Source: Thalia democratica (lineage: Eukaryota). Taken from it: a DNA stretch of 64,000 nt. Under the pieces are notes generated by a model. It saw only the letters and a program-made list of their open reading frames with translations. It was not told the DNA's origin and did no database searches. How positions within the stretch are numbered: the first letter of the stretch is position 1; each line of letters begins with the position of its first letter. Below are positions 54,701 through 62,700 of this stretch, piece by piece. The DNA is taken from the NCBI GenBank assembly GCA_965202585.1, contig OZ241827.1, positions 57,784,001-57,848,000 on the forward strand. Direction: 5' to 3'. Made by a program: the position numbers and the translations under genes.

Positions 54701-57700
54701 CAAGATATTGTGCCAGCTAAAACTGACTTTTTAGGTTATTTAAGTAGATATGCTATTAGATTCTTTATACTATTTAAAGTTATAAAGTATTTTGTTTATA
54801 CTTTTGAAATGATTTACTTTCTGAAGAATCAATAAGTTTGGTAAAATCTGAAAAACTTTTTTAAGTTTCTCTCAGTTTCATTAAACACATTTAACAAGAC
54901 ATGCATTTATTTTAATTCTTTTTCTTAAATTAAAATGTAATTTCAGGCTACAGAGAACGAAAGCACCTTCCGTTGGACTCGAAACAATCTACTGTGGTTG
55001 TCACGACAACGCCTCCCCCTACCGACGAAAACGGGGTGAAAAAGGCGCCATCTATCCATGTTGCACCGACAATCGACCCCCTTCAGTACAATGATGACGT
55101 CATAGTCAACGTTGGAGGATCGGTGGTGGTCGTTGGGTCCCGACGGGTGACCATTTTGTGCGAGGTTATAGGGGAATACCCTATTAAGATGAAATGGATG
55201 AAAGACGGGCAAGAAATTATAAATAATGACAGGTTTGATTTATTAGTTACATAGCTTTTTTGTTCAAATTTTATCTACACTACATGAAATGAGTTCACGA
55301 CTATTCAATTTCTAACATTACAAACTCCGACATCTGTAGTTCTTATAACTTGTAGTTTTTTTGAATTTAGATTTTAGTTATTTTTTTTTATTGTTTTAAT
55401 GTAATTAATAAGACCTACATGCACATTTTGATTTGTTTAAAATTATTTTATTTTTGAGAGAGGGCTAGAAGCAGTTTTAGAGTTTACTAAAATATGTTTG
55501 TTGGGTTGCTTAATTTTTTTTACTTGATAATTATGCAATTTGTTTGCAACTAAAATTTTATCAATTAGAGCTATTATAACTAAATAAGCTTTTTTTTAAC
55601 TGAAATTTATTTTTGAAGTTATGGTCTATTAACTAGTATTCAATTGTTTTAATATCAATTGTTCAGAGTTTAACATAGAAAGAAAATATTGTATGTTAAA
55701 ACAGAATGATCAAGCTCGGTGATGGATCCCTGAGAATTTTTAACCCTGAAACATCAGATGCTGGTAACTACATTTGCATGGCAACCAATCAGTGGGGAAA
55801 CGACAGCCGAATGGTTTCATTGTCTGTCACCAACAAACCAACAGTTGTGTCCACGACCAGAGATGTTGACGATTTCGTGTCCATGGACTTGACAGTGACA
55901 GTTGGGTCCCATGTCAGGGCGAGATTAGGGGCCCGCGTTGTTATCAGGTGCCCCACTAGAGGTTAGTAAAGTAAATCAATAATTATGTAATTCATAAGAA
56001 TTTAATCTTTCTTTTTAATACACTAGTATTGATAAAAACTTTCATTTAAAAAAATATTTACCGCATGTTTTTATGCAAACAACTGCTAATATATGTATTA
56101 ACTTAAAGCTTTTGATTAAACTTAATACTTCATAATTTAAATCATACTTTCACGTAATTAAATTACGTGTGCAAACTTACAAGATTTAAAAATTAATTCA
56201 AAGCATTACAAAACTTCCACTAGACTATAATTAATAAAAAATAATGCAAGTTGTATTGTATAGACGTTACGAGTTTTCATTTTTTACATTACGTCAAACT
56301 ATAATGAAAGTTACACCAAAAGCAGCTGCTATGGTGTTTAAAATCAAATTAATATCTAATTTGTGCATGTAACATTGAATTATCAAACAAAGATGTTTTC
56401 TTAAGTTTATACAGAAGAAACAATGATTAACTTTAAAATTTGTTGAAGGTCTAAAAGACAAAATTTTCATTTCATTACAAGTTTTATGTTTTATTATAAA
56501 TAAACATTACAGGCTCACCAGAACCATTTGTTCAATGGAACAAAGACGTCAACGGTCTTCAAAGAAACTCGCAAATTTTAATCGATAATTCTTTGGAAAT
56601 ATTTCCCACCACTTTGGCTGATACGGGACATTTCAGTTGCTTAGCAACAAATCCTTTTGGTAGCTCTTACCAAGCAACCATACTAGAAATTGTAGGTAAG
56701 TATAAATTTTAAATACCTTAAAACTTGTAAGTGTTTAGAAATCTTTAAAATCACTATAAAGTAAAACCATTATTAAGTATAAGTTTTTATTAGTTTTCAC
56801 AATCTAAACTGAAATTAATTTATTTTAAAAAAAGAAAATATTTAAAGCTTATATTTTGAATAGCTACATCTAATTACAGTTCTACTAAAACAAATTGTCA
56901 GAAATTAAACCGTAGTTCGATATGAATAAAGTTTTTATGACTTAATAATTCTCTCTCAATTTTCTTTTACTAGTTTCAATTGTATAGTTATATTATTAAG
57001 AGCACGTAATGTACGCTTAAATAAAAAATAGAGTCTGTTGTATATGTAGAGTATTTCGTCTCTTTTAGTACTGTAAAAGTTAAAGTTCATTCTAATATGC
57101 TTAAGTTTTAGTAAATTTTCAAAATAAAATTAAAGTTTTCTTCAAATTTTTTAAAATAAAATATACAGACCCGCCTCATATTTCAATTGATGGAGTAATT
57201 TTAAACTCAAATGAAATGAGTGGACTTCCAGAACTTTTATTAAGCGATTATAATAGCCCAATTTACAGAGTTAAAGCGAGCACCACTGTAATGATGGGTA
57301 GGTTTTATTATTCACTAAACTTGTTAAACAAATAATAAAGATAAATAATTTAGTTAATGACACATAAAGGTTGTCCATTGACTGGGTATCCGGAACTAAC
57401 AATAGAATGGATGTTCAAAGGAAACGCCATAGAAACAACAAACAATTCGATAAAATATAGACTGATGCACAACAACAAAGTTCTTTCAATCAGCAATTTC
57501 AACAACGTTTCAGTTGGCGATTACTCTTGCAAGGGAACAAACATGGCAGGATCGGCTGATGCCAGTCTTCAGCTAAAAATTACCAGTAAGTTTACTTTGA
57601 AGCTTCATACTTTTAAAGCTACATATGAAAGTATTCTTCTATTTATGTAGTAAATTAAAATTATAAAAACAACAGTAAAATTTGTTGATAGTATTAAACA

Positions 57701-59734
57701 TTCATGGTACGCTTTATAACACACAAAATTATTTCTTATTTTAAGATGCGTACATATACTTTTTGCTTTTAAAGTTTTAAATTAGCTGTAAAAAACTATA
57801 AAACTTTCGATCAAAAACACAAATTGTTATGAAAAAGTCTCAAAACAGCTTTGCTATCAGCTTTTTTATTTATTTTTAGTATACAAGTACCGAAAGGAGG
57901 GGTTGACGGAATGCAGTGCAAAGTGCGGGAACGCAGGAACCATCACTGACAAGCTGGTGTGCATAGAAGACGGATTGAGGACGGTGGACGATTGGTACTG
58001 CAAAGGAGTGGCCAAGCCGCAAGTTGAAACCCGGTCCTGCAACAGAAAAGACTGTCCGCCACAGTTAGTACTTTAATGTTGTTGTTGGTTAATTAACAAA
58101 AATCAAGGCAAAACTTAGGCAACACATTAAGCTGTATGACTCGATTACCGAAATATTATTTGTACACCAGGTTCTTAGACCAAGCTTTTAGCGTTTCTTC
58201 GTCGTGAAATAAAATATCTAAACAACTTATTTGTGTTTAAATAAAAAATCGATAAATATGTATGTATAAAGTTACGTACGGTTGCATTGTGCCATTTGTG
58301 ATTACAATACTATAAAAACATTTATGAAAAGTAAAGTAGAAGCTAGACAAACAATGAAAGCATTTTGTACATTTTTCAGCTAAATTAGGTCATAGAAATT
58401 GTTACCTAGATTAGGCGGATTAGAGTTCAAACATATTATTTAAAAGTTTTACAGGAAATAATTGGTTTTTAATGTCAAGTGCTGTCTTTTTAATCACTCA
58501 TATCTGACTTTTATTTTACTTTTAGCGCTTTTAAACCCTTTTCCTTTTTAAACAAAGTCTTTGAACTAATTTTTAGAAGTTTTTGAATAAAAGTTTTCTT
58601 AATATCTTTAAAATTTAAGTTTAAACTTTATAGCCAATTTTAGACTTTTTACAAAATGCAGAGAATTAGTTACATAATTATTGCATTACATTATTGCATA
58701 ACTATTTATTTATTTTAATCTAAAAGTTTTGTGTTCAGCAATTATATCAATATTTGTTATATTAAATCTTTAACAATAACTACAAAACCGTTTGATTCCA
58801 CTTTATTAGAAACGATCTAACTTTAACATATATTATAACAGGTATTACGCAAACGAATGGAGCAAATGTTCAGTTGCTTGCGGAAATGGAACAAGATTCA
58901 GAAAAATATCCTGCGTGGTTCTCATGTCAGACGGAACTGTTCGTCAGGTTGCCATGGAAAGTTGCCGTAGCAACCAGCAACTTCCGCCCCGAAAAGAAAC
59001 CTGCTTCAGTAACTCGTGCCCTGAGTGGAAACCAAAACCATGGAAACAGGTTAGATTCGGTGATTTTTTGAAGAATTTTAAATAATGTACTCACCTGCTG
59101 TCTCAAATTAAATTTTAATACAGTTTTAGTAAAAAACTCTAAAATCATTTTTATGTTCTATTTTTTTCAACAAACAAACTAAGTAGCTTTTTTATTAAAC
59201 GTAAGTAACAAACCAACAGTGTAGCAAGAAGTGTTACGGAAACGGAATTGGAATTCAACTGAGGCAGGTCCTTTGCGTAGCTAACAACGGCACAATCGTC
59301 CAAAAGTCCCACTGCAAAAACCTGCCGAGACTAGAAAAGTTTGATAATAAAGCTGCACAAGCAACTTGTCATTTATTAACGATTAAAAATAATTTATTAG
59401 ACAATTTGAGTTTAATTCATTGCATCTACATAATTTCTTCTTAATACATTACTTTTATAACCAAAAAACCTATAGAAATGCATTTTTCACCAGAAAACAA
59501 AGCTGTCCAAATTTCCGATGTCAGCCAGTTTGGAGACCGAGTCCCTGGTCCGTTTGCTCGGCAACTTGCGGCAGTCATGGCATAAAAACGAGAATTCTTG
59601 GCTGCTATTACAAGGGCAGGCCGAAGCAGACCGCCAGGGGGCGTTGCCTAGCGACGGAACGGCCTCCAGTTTCCGCCCCATGCAACAGAATCCCCTGCAG
59701 CGAAAATCTTGTGAGGGTGCAGGGAAAATTTTAA
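9670..59734 (+). CDS. ADAMTSL1/3: ADAMTS-like protein (ADAMTSL1/ADAMTSL3/punctin/MADD-4 group); 33 coding exons, ~1736 aa; no metalloprotease domain
   Basis: Hand-spliced exons join in phase through GT-AG introns; lengths sum to 5211 nt including the stop. Order: SP, TSR1 ([17 protein letters not shown]), Cys-rich ([25 protein letters not shown]), spacer ([12 protein letters not shown]...SLAGPIKE), 8 TSR, 4 Ig, 4 TSR. Segments such as RTIRCVEE...[20 protein letters not shown] and VFVQK...[13 protein letters not shown] match my recollection of vertebrate ADAMTSL1/3. No HExxH protease motif. Confidence 0.93.
17533..19234. mobile_element. 1.7-kb foldback (Mutator-like) element with ~730-bp inverted arms
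   Basis: About 17533-18263 is the reverse complement of about 18508-19234; perfect 9-bp TSD GTCTTCGAT at 17524-17532 and 19235-19243; no coding capacity. Confidence 0.92.
19244..19450 (+). promoter_or_regulatory. GC/CpG-rich promoter- or enhancer-like block
   Basis: Perfect CRE TGACGTCA near 19253, a second TGACGTAA and an E-box CACGTG, just before a candidate alternative start at 19451. Confidence 0.4.
19944..20045 (+). CDS. ADAMTSL1/3: Coding exon 2: end of signal peptide plus acidic segment ([34 protein letters not shown])
   Basis: tttttgcag acceptor, gtaaga donor, phase 0/0, GC-rich against flanks. Confidence 0.88.
20474..20568 (+). CDS. ADAMTSL1/3: Coding exon 3: TSR1 N-half
   Basis: [31 protein letters not shown]; caacag/gttagt; phase 0/2. 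Confidence 0.93.
20967..21012 (+). CDS. ADAMTSL1/3: Coding exon 4: TSR1 C-half
   Basis: (G)[15 protein letters not shown]; ttttgcag/gtacgt; phase 2/0. Confidence 0.92.
21860..22120 (+). CDS. ADAMTSL1/3: Coding exon 5: Cys-rich module
   Basis: [18 protein letters not shown]...CSLHCRS...KVVDGTRC...VCIEGKCE; ttgcag/gtgagt; phase 0/0. Confidence 0.95.
23899..24019 (+). CDS. ADAMTSL1/3: Coding exon 6: end of Cys-rich module, start of spacer
   Basis: [32 protein letters not shown]; ccacag/gtacct; phase 0/1. Confidence 0.93.
24885..25582. mobile_element. Same Mutator/foldback-type MITE, copy 2 (opposite orientation)
   Basis: Starts GGGAACGGGTCTAAA (reverse complement of the copy-1 end) and ends GACAGCAACCC; flanked by GTTAAACAT (24876-24884) and GTTAAATAT (25583-25591). 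Confidence 0.88.
25951..26013 (+). CDS. ADAMTSL1/3: Coding exon 7: spacer
   Basis: [21 protein letters not shown]; ttttcag/gtaaat; phase 1/1. Confidence 0.87.
26287..26432 (+). CDS. ADAMTSL1/3: Coding exon 8: spacer
   Basis: DIVSEEKN...[15 protein letters not shown]; ttgcag/gtaagt; phase 1/0. Confidence 0.88.
28062..28236 (+). CDS. ADAMTSL1/3: Coding exon 9: end of spacer, start of TSR2
   Basis: [18 protein letters not shown]...IRYKYY...PCSATCGD; ctgtag/gtgagt; phase 0/1. An in-frame alternative acceptor at 28073 is possible. Confidence 0.9.
29592..29993 (+). pseudogene. GIY-YIG endonuclease domain of the Penelope-like element (ORF 3' end)
   Basis: [30 protein letters not shown]...SSIQEHL...FKVLYR...[14 protein letters not shown]; a decayed PYIG-like linker lies upstream; no RT part. 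Confidence 0.88.
31732..31920 (+). pseudogene. hAT transposase relic near the first catalytic Asp
   Basis: [39 protein letters not shown] resembles my recollection of the Buster/SPIN motif DESTD...FIRG...F.I.EELL......TTTG.DI. Confidence 0.72.
32925..32970. repeat. Compound (TTC)n(TTA)n(TTG)n microsatellite inside the hAT
   Basis: ttcttcttcttcttattattattattattgttgttattattattatc. Confidence 0.85.
33544..33595 (+). ncRNA. Candidate minimal type-I hammerhead ribozyme in the Penelope pseudo-LTR
   Basis: GUU-CUGAUGA-AGAGCUAAGC-GAAA-UUAAUUAA-UA-AAC: both core boxes, palindromic loop III, AUA cleavage triplet, short stem I. Confidence 0.6.
34408..34567 (+). CDS. ADAMTSL1/3: Coding exon 10: rest of TSR2
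   Basis: [12 protein letters not shown]...RCIEEG...KCVLPLC; ttttag/gtatgt; phase 1/2. Confidence 0.92.
34967..35014 (+). CDS. ADAMTSL1/3: Coding exon 11: 48-nt linker
   Basis: [17 protein letters not shown]; caacag/gtgagt; phase 2/2. Confidence 0.8.
35152..35362 (+). CDS. ADAMTSL1/3: Coding exon 12: TSR3 and start of TSR4
   Basis: [27 protein letters not shown]...[16 protein letters not shown]; tttgtag/gtaagc; phase 2/0. Confidence 0.95.
35640..35772 (+). CDS. ADAMTSL1/3: Coding exon 13: TSR4
   Basis: [17 protein letters not shown]...ECNKVCKK; gaacag/gttagt; phase 0/1. Confidence 0.93.
36225..36327 (+). CDS. ADAMTSL1/3: Coding exon 14: lysine-rich linker
   Basis: [34 protein letters not shown]; ttttccaag/gtaagt. 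Supplies the phase 1 to phase 2 bridge required between exons 13 and 15. Confidence 0.75.
36675..36831 (+). CDS. ADAMTSL1/3: Coding exon 15: TSR5
   Basis: [25 protein letters not shown]; aaacag/gtttgt; phase 2/0. Confidence 0.93.
37900..38068 (+). CDS. ADAMTSL1/3: Coding exon 16: end of TSR5, linker, start of TSR6
   Basis: KCFLGLCP...[15 protein letters not shown]; ttgcag/gtaatt; phase 0/1. Confidence 0.93.
38330..38355 (+). mobile_element. Possible Helitron 3' terminus
   Basis: GC hairpin CGCGT-gcaagct-ACGCG followed by CTAG|T in AT-rich DNA; 5' end not identified. Confidence 0.4.
40520..40673 (+). CDS. ADAMTSL1/3: Coding exon 17: rest of TSR6
   Basis: [16 protein letters not shown]...RCDQSKHP...TCKRDPCP; ttttctcag/gtaact; phase 1/2. 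Confidence 0.93.
41380..41490 (+). mobile_element. Possible decayed LTR-retrotransposon integrase fragment
   Basis: Frameshifted ICQR...[12 protein letters not shown] resembles the CxxCQ...PFExxHxD region; very short. Confidence 0.3.
43457..43524. promoter_or_regulatory. Cluster of RFX X-box-like motifs in the 10.8-kb intron
   Basis: GTCTCCACGGCAAC (43457-43470), GTTTCTTGGCAAC (43486-43498) and weaker GTTCCACGGCTAAC (43511-43524) within a GC-rich island. Confidence 0.5.
44058..44830. mobile_element. Tc1/mariner-superfamily (Tigger/pogo-like) MITE, 773 bp
   Basis: TA|CAGTAACCTC ... GAGGTTACTG|TA, with a subterminal direct repeat ACCTCTCG(G/T)ATCTTTACG near both ends. Confidence 0.88.
51439..51658 (+). 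CDS. ADAMTSL1/3: Coding exon 18: TSR7 and start of TSR8
   Basis: [25 protein letters not shown]...[11 protein letters not shown]; tttcag/gttagt; phase 2/0; follows a 10.8-kb intron. Confidence 0.94.
51858..52043 (+). CDS. ADAMTSL1/3: Coding exon 19: TSR8
   Basis: [16 protein letters not shown]...[18 protein letters not shown]; ttttag/gtatat; phase 0/0. Confidence 0.92.
52254..52431 (+). CDS. ADAMTSL1/3: Coding exon 20: variant TSR9
   Basis: [19 protein letters not shown]...RSCSLHRKC; ttttag/gtgagt; phase 0/1. Confidence 0.92.
52520..52697 (+). CDS. ADAMTSL1/3: Coding exon 21: linker and start of Ig-like 1
   Basis: ...[36 protein letters not shown]; AAG acceptor, gtgagt donor; phase 1/2. 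Confidence 0.88.
53152..53333 (+). CDS. ADAMTSL1/3: Coding exon 22: degenerate, basic Ig-like 1
   Basis: [49 protein letters not shown]; tttactcag acceptor, weak gtttaa donor; phase 2/1. Confidence 0.82.
54223..54329 (+). CDS. ADAMTSL1/3: Coding exon 23: inter-Ig linker
   Basis: [36 protein letters not shown]; ctttag/gtttgt; phase 1/0. Donor chosen for phase compatibility; no domain motif. Confidence 0.62.
54608..54734 (+). CDS. ADAMTSL1/3: Coding exon 24: inter-Ig linker
   Basis: [21 protein letters not shown]...KTDFL; tttgcag/gttatt; phase 0/1; bridges exons 23 and 25. Confidence 0.62.
54947..55232 (+). CDS. ADAMTSL1/3: Coding exon 25: Thr/Pro stretch and Ig-like 2 N-half
   Basis: ...[10 protein letters not shown]...[24 protein letters not shown]; tttcag/gtttga; phase 1/2. 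Confidence 0.93.
55705..55961 (+). CDS. ADAMTSL1/3: Coding exon 26: Ig-like 2 C-half, start of Ig-like 3
   Basis: [25 protein letters not shown]...[10 protein letters not shown]; aaacag/gttagt; phase 2/1. Confidence 0.95.
56513..56695 (+). CDS. ADAMTSL1/3: Coding exon 27: Ig-like 3
   Basis: [12 protein letters not shown]...SLEI...[14 protein letters not shown]; ttacag/gtaagt; phase 1/1. Confidence 0.94.
57169..57297 (+). CDS. ADAMTSL1/3: Coding exon 28: start of Ig-like 4
   Basis: DPPHISIDG...VKASTTVMM; atacag/gtaggt; phase 1/1. Confidence 0.85.
57370..57585 (+). CDS. ADAMTSL1/3: Coding exon 29: Ig-like 4
   Basis: [18 protein letters not shown]...[13 protein letters not shown]; AAG acceptor after a 72-nt intron; gtaagt donor; phase 1/1. 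Confidence 0.92.
57880..58063 (+). CDS. ADAMTSL1/3: Coding exon 30: TSR10
   Basis: [19 protein letters not shown]...[10 protein letters not shown]; tttttag/gttagt; phase 1/2. Confidence 0.94.
58842..59049 (+). CDS. ADAMTSL1/3: Coding exon 31: TSR11 and start of TSR12
   Basis: [24 protein letters not shown]...[16 protein letters not shown]; taacag/gttaga; phase 2/0. Confidence 0.94.
59220..59338 (+). CDS. ADAMTSL1/3: Coding exon 32: TSR12
   Basis: [24 protein letters not shown]...HCKNLPRLE; caacag/gtttga; phase 0/2. Confidence 0.92.
59494..59734 (+). CDS. ADAMTSL1/3: Coding exon 33: TSR13 to stop (3' end uncertain; possible donor at 59711)
   Basis: [29 protein letters not shown]...[18 protein letters not shown]; tttcaccag acceptor; TAA at 59732-59734. 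Confidence 0.85.
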
Positions 59735-62700
59735 TTACTTTTAGTTTTAATTTTTATTCTATAGGACTGACCCAAAAATATTGTTAGCATATTTTGTTTA
59801 TATAACTTCACTTTACTTTACTTAGATAGCATGAAACTGTAGATGGTAGTTTTAAGTTATGACACTTTAAGCCTTTTGTATACTGAAAGTATCAAAACTT
59901 GCTAAAATTTTTAACAACATATTTTAAATATTATTTTCTGACGAAAGTTAAACTGTTAAAGTTTATAGAAACTGCCTTTAGTTTTTAAAAGTATTATAGG
60001 CCTAATTAGTTAATTGTTTAATTTAGATTTAAAATATACTCGTGTTATTTATTTAGTTTGCTGCTACTTAAAAAAAGCTTTTTTTTTAAGTTTCTTCAAT
60101 TAGTTTTCGAAAAAGTTTTTTCTTTAAAGCAAACGATAAGCTATTTATAATAGCTTTAAATCTCAATAGGTATGTAGTTCAGGAAAAATATAGTTTCATA
60201 TATCTAAAAGTACTTTTCGATTTTAAGATACAAAAGTTTTTTTTTTAATCGTTTGACATACTATTTTGATATAAACAAATCATATTTAGTTTTCTCTTAC
60301 TTTTATATTTCATTTCACTGCCTAATAAACTGCTTATATCCTAAACAGTTGTTTGTTTTACAAATTTCTGATTATATTTTTTTACAGCTTAAGATTAAAT
60401 GTTTTATGTATGATTTTATTTTATATTTCCCTAAAATAAAACTACTGTTATACATGAAACATTAACTAATTGTTAGTACTTGTGTTTAGCGTTTGCCAGT
60501 ACTAGCAACGTTTAAGATTAACTTAGCTATATAAATAAATATAAATAAAATTATACATGTTTTTTATAACTAAAAGTATAAACTTTTAAAATAAAGTAAA
60601 CTGGCTAATATAGCTGAAAGCTTTTATAAACTTTTTGCTTATAAAATATTTTATTTTAAAATAAATTAAAAACATCACATAAGACACGTGTTTGTCACAT
60701 GTAACTTTATCACGTGACGTAAAGAACTTAATTTATACTGTATAAAAAATTAAATTTATTTATTGCTTAACTTTTAATTTCATTTACTCTTTACAACTAA
60801 AAATGTTACAAATTGTCTAATCGCATAAACTAATATTTGTTGTAAAAAAAGAGATAGTCCTTCAAAAGTTATTCAAAACAAGTAGATATAAAAATATTAG
60901 TTTTCAGTCATAAAATACTGTGCAACAAAATACACAAAAGTTTTATGGTTGTTTCAATTTAAGCAAAAAAAGATTTGAAAAATAGCATATATCGATTGCT
61001 TTACTAATTTACTAACTTTTGTGAGTTTCATCAATATTTAAATATTTTCATTTTACAAACTACTGTATTAAAATTATAAAACTACTTTTTGAAGCTTTTG
61101 TACATATGATTTTTTTCCACATAGTTAGCTGACAACTATAGCTAAATTAAGTTTTGTCGTAATTTTATCTGATTTTTTTATAACTTAGATTTCACCCAAA
61201 AAATTTTATCTTTTAAATTAAATACATAAAACAAAACAATAAAACTTCAAAAGTGTCTTAGCTTATACTATAAAAACGCACAAAAACATTTAATCTTAAA
61301 ATTTTTATACCATAAAATAAAATTCTTTAGAAAAACAAGATAAGATTTTTTTATTTAACTTTTTTAGAAGCACCTTATTAAACAACTAATGCTAATAAAC
61401 ACTAAAAGAAAGAAAATTATTATTTAAAAAAAAAGATAAAAATAACTCAAAAATATAATTAAACAAATATAGTTTATAAACCTTATGTAAAAACAGATCT
61501 TTCGTTTATCGAGTTTAAAACCATTCATTCATTTTAACTGTTTTAGACACACACATTAAAAAACATTTAACATAATAAATCATAAGTTTAAACCATTATG
61601 TGATTATAATACATTAACAGTTTTTTGTCATTATTTAAATCTTATGTAAGCAGTGTTGATGGCTAAAAATAATCATTTATGTAAAATTTTAAGTAAAACA
61701 AGTTCATTAGTAAGTATTGTGAATTAGTAGAAATTTTATGAATTTATAAATTTTCAAAAACTTTTTTCATACTAGGCCAGCTAACAAGCAAAAAAAAAAT
61801 TGTTCAGTCACAACTTTCAAGAACAATATTTTTCTAACACTTAAATAACCGCGAAATTAAAGTTTATTTTCTAACTAAACTAAAGGGACAAAACACTAAT
61901 CAAACTAAGTTGTAATAAATACTTTTTAAAATACTAAACATTTGTAAAATTGTTTCGAGCTCAAACGGCTTTAACATACTATTTGTCGTAAATAAGATAA
62001 TAAGCATAAAAATTAAACAATTCTATAGAGAGTGTATAATAAAAAAACTATTTAAAAGACTTGAATCTAGAAAAATCTCTAGATGTTAATAATTTTTCGT
62101 ACTAAAAGTGGAACATTGAAAAAGTTGAAGCTTATTTGAAAATCTATTTAAAAAATTAACTAACACATTTTTAAAATTATTTTAGCACTTTTTTTAGTCA
62201 ACATAGTTTATTAAGATTAATAAGATTAACCTAACAAATTTAAAATAAATTTTATCTCTCACTCTTTTACATAATTTCCAAAAACATTAGTTAATCCAAA
62301 TTGAAAATAAACAAAACTCTTTAGAGCTTTGTGCTTTATGAAAACATCTAAACTTTGAATTTTTTCGGCTAATCTTTGATTAATTCATTCAGATTATTAA
62401 GTTAAAATACTTTCATATAAATTAAGGTTGTTGAAAAATAAATAGGGAGTGTATTTTTTAGCAAAAAGTTACTAGTTATTAAAAACAAAGGTTTTAGTAT
62501 ATTATGTTTTCTTTTTAAAACGTATTAATTGCTTTTATGTATTTATAAGTAGTTTAATACTATTAGTATAAAATTATAAGTACTAAAATATATTTTTTAT
62601 TAAATTAAGCATTAAAACTAATTTTCGTAAATAAAAGTTCCGTAAGTTTCAATTATTAATAAAATGTCTTTAGAGCTTCAGCATTCAATCATTAGAAAAA

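Noticed and set aside
56151-56169. Palindrome CACGTAATT-A-AATTACGTG (contains a P3 homeodomain site)
   Set aside because: A single short, AT-rich palindrome is expected by chance in 64 kb.
21922-59681. Minus-strand ORFs overlapping exons (e.g. 21922, 35140, 51854, 52527, 53128, 54943, 58927, 59487)
   Set aside because: They are antisense shadows of GC-rich coding exons.
60685-60718. Cluster of E-boxes (CACGTG x2, CACATG)
   Set aside because: Short motifs with no other support for a promoter; could be a minor enhancer.
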